Below are positions 63,755 to 64,000 of a stretch of 64,000 nucleotides of DNA, one piece after another. Source of the DNA: Nitrospirota bacterium. GTDB taxonomy: Bacteria; Nitrospirota; JACRHJ01. The stretch spans positions 128,001 through 192,000 of the forward strand of contig CAWJRJ010000016.1 of NCBI GenBank assembly GCA_963845245.1. Reading direction: 5' to 3'. Under the pieces are notes generated by a model that saw only the letters and a list, made by a program, of their open reading frames with translations, did no database searches and was not told where the DNA came from. The translations under genes were made by a program, and so were the position numbers. Positions within the stretch are counted from its first letter, which is position 1. The number at the start of each line of letters is the position of its first letter.

Positions 63755-64000
63755 GTTACACAAAAAAATTCCTCCAGATCGCGGCCCTCATGATGGGCAT
63801 ATTGGCCCTTGTCCTGATATCGGCCATTATAACGATGAAGGTCGTTACATGGGGCAGGACGGTGGACGTGCCGAACCTCTCAGGTCAGGAAGTGACCGCT
63901 GCCATCAGCGAACTAAAGAAGTCCGGGCTGGAGATAAAGATCGAGAGGCAGGAGCACCACCCGACCGTCCCCGAGGGACATATTATAAGCCAGCAGCCGC
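63751..64000 (+). CDS. PASTA-domain membrane protein (partial)
   Basis: TM helix then VPNLSGQ..A...L...GL...VPEGHIISQQP; runs off window end. Confidence 0.8.
   Translation, partial: MSYTKKFLQIAALMMGILALVLISAIITMKVVTWGRTVDVPNLSGQEVTAAISELKKSGLEIKIERQEHHPTVPEGHIISQQP

Overview
GC-rich, probably anaerobic diderm bacterium; gene content and order suggest Nitrospirota or Desulfobacterota (inference). Many single-base frameshifts, including in clpB and rsmB, look like sequencing indels. Layout: (1) 0-4.8 kb, stress/redox genes (hsp20, dksA, flavodoxin, flavin reductase) and a cargo gene flanked by a duplicated gene 3' end. (2) 4.9-34.2 kb, a co-directional, apparently sigma54-controlled cluster of mostly exported proteins. 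It holds five paralogous carboxypeptidase-regulatory-like proteins, seven paralogous beta-helix proteins, two FG-GAP propellers, two Tat-signal DUF362 proteins, a NapH+NapG-like polyferredoxin, an orphan ResB, an RcnA-like transporter, a degenerate AAA protein and a two-component system. It ends in a PqqD + radical SAM/SPASM pair with no visible precursor peptide, and is the best candidate for an undescribed system. (3) 34.3-38.6 kb, DUF2971, patatin, DUF1003 and a minimal SufC/SufB pair. (4) 38.8-46.3 kb, an arsenic-resistance operon with the mercury-methylation genes hgcAB inside it. (5) 47.4-52.1 kb, hsp20-dnaJ-hspR-clpB with a HAIR-like operator. (6) 52.1-60 kb, a variable region (ankyrin, vWA/OmpA, DUF4410). 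(7) def-fmt-DUF116-rsmB-PASTA. No rRNA, tRNA, CRISPR array, integrase or transposase was recognised. Family names come from motif recognition, not database searches.
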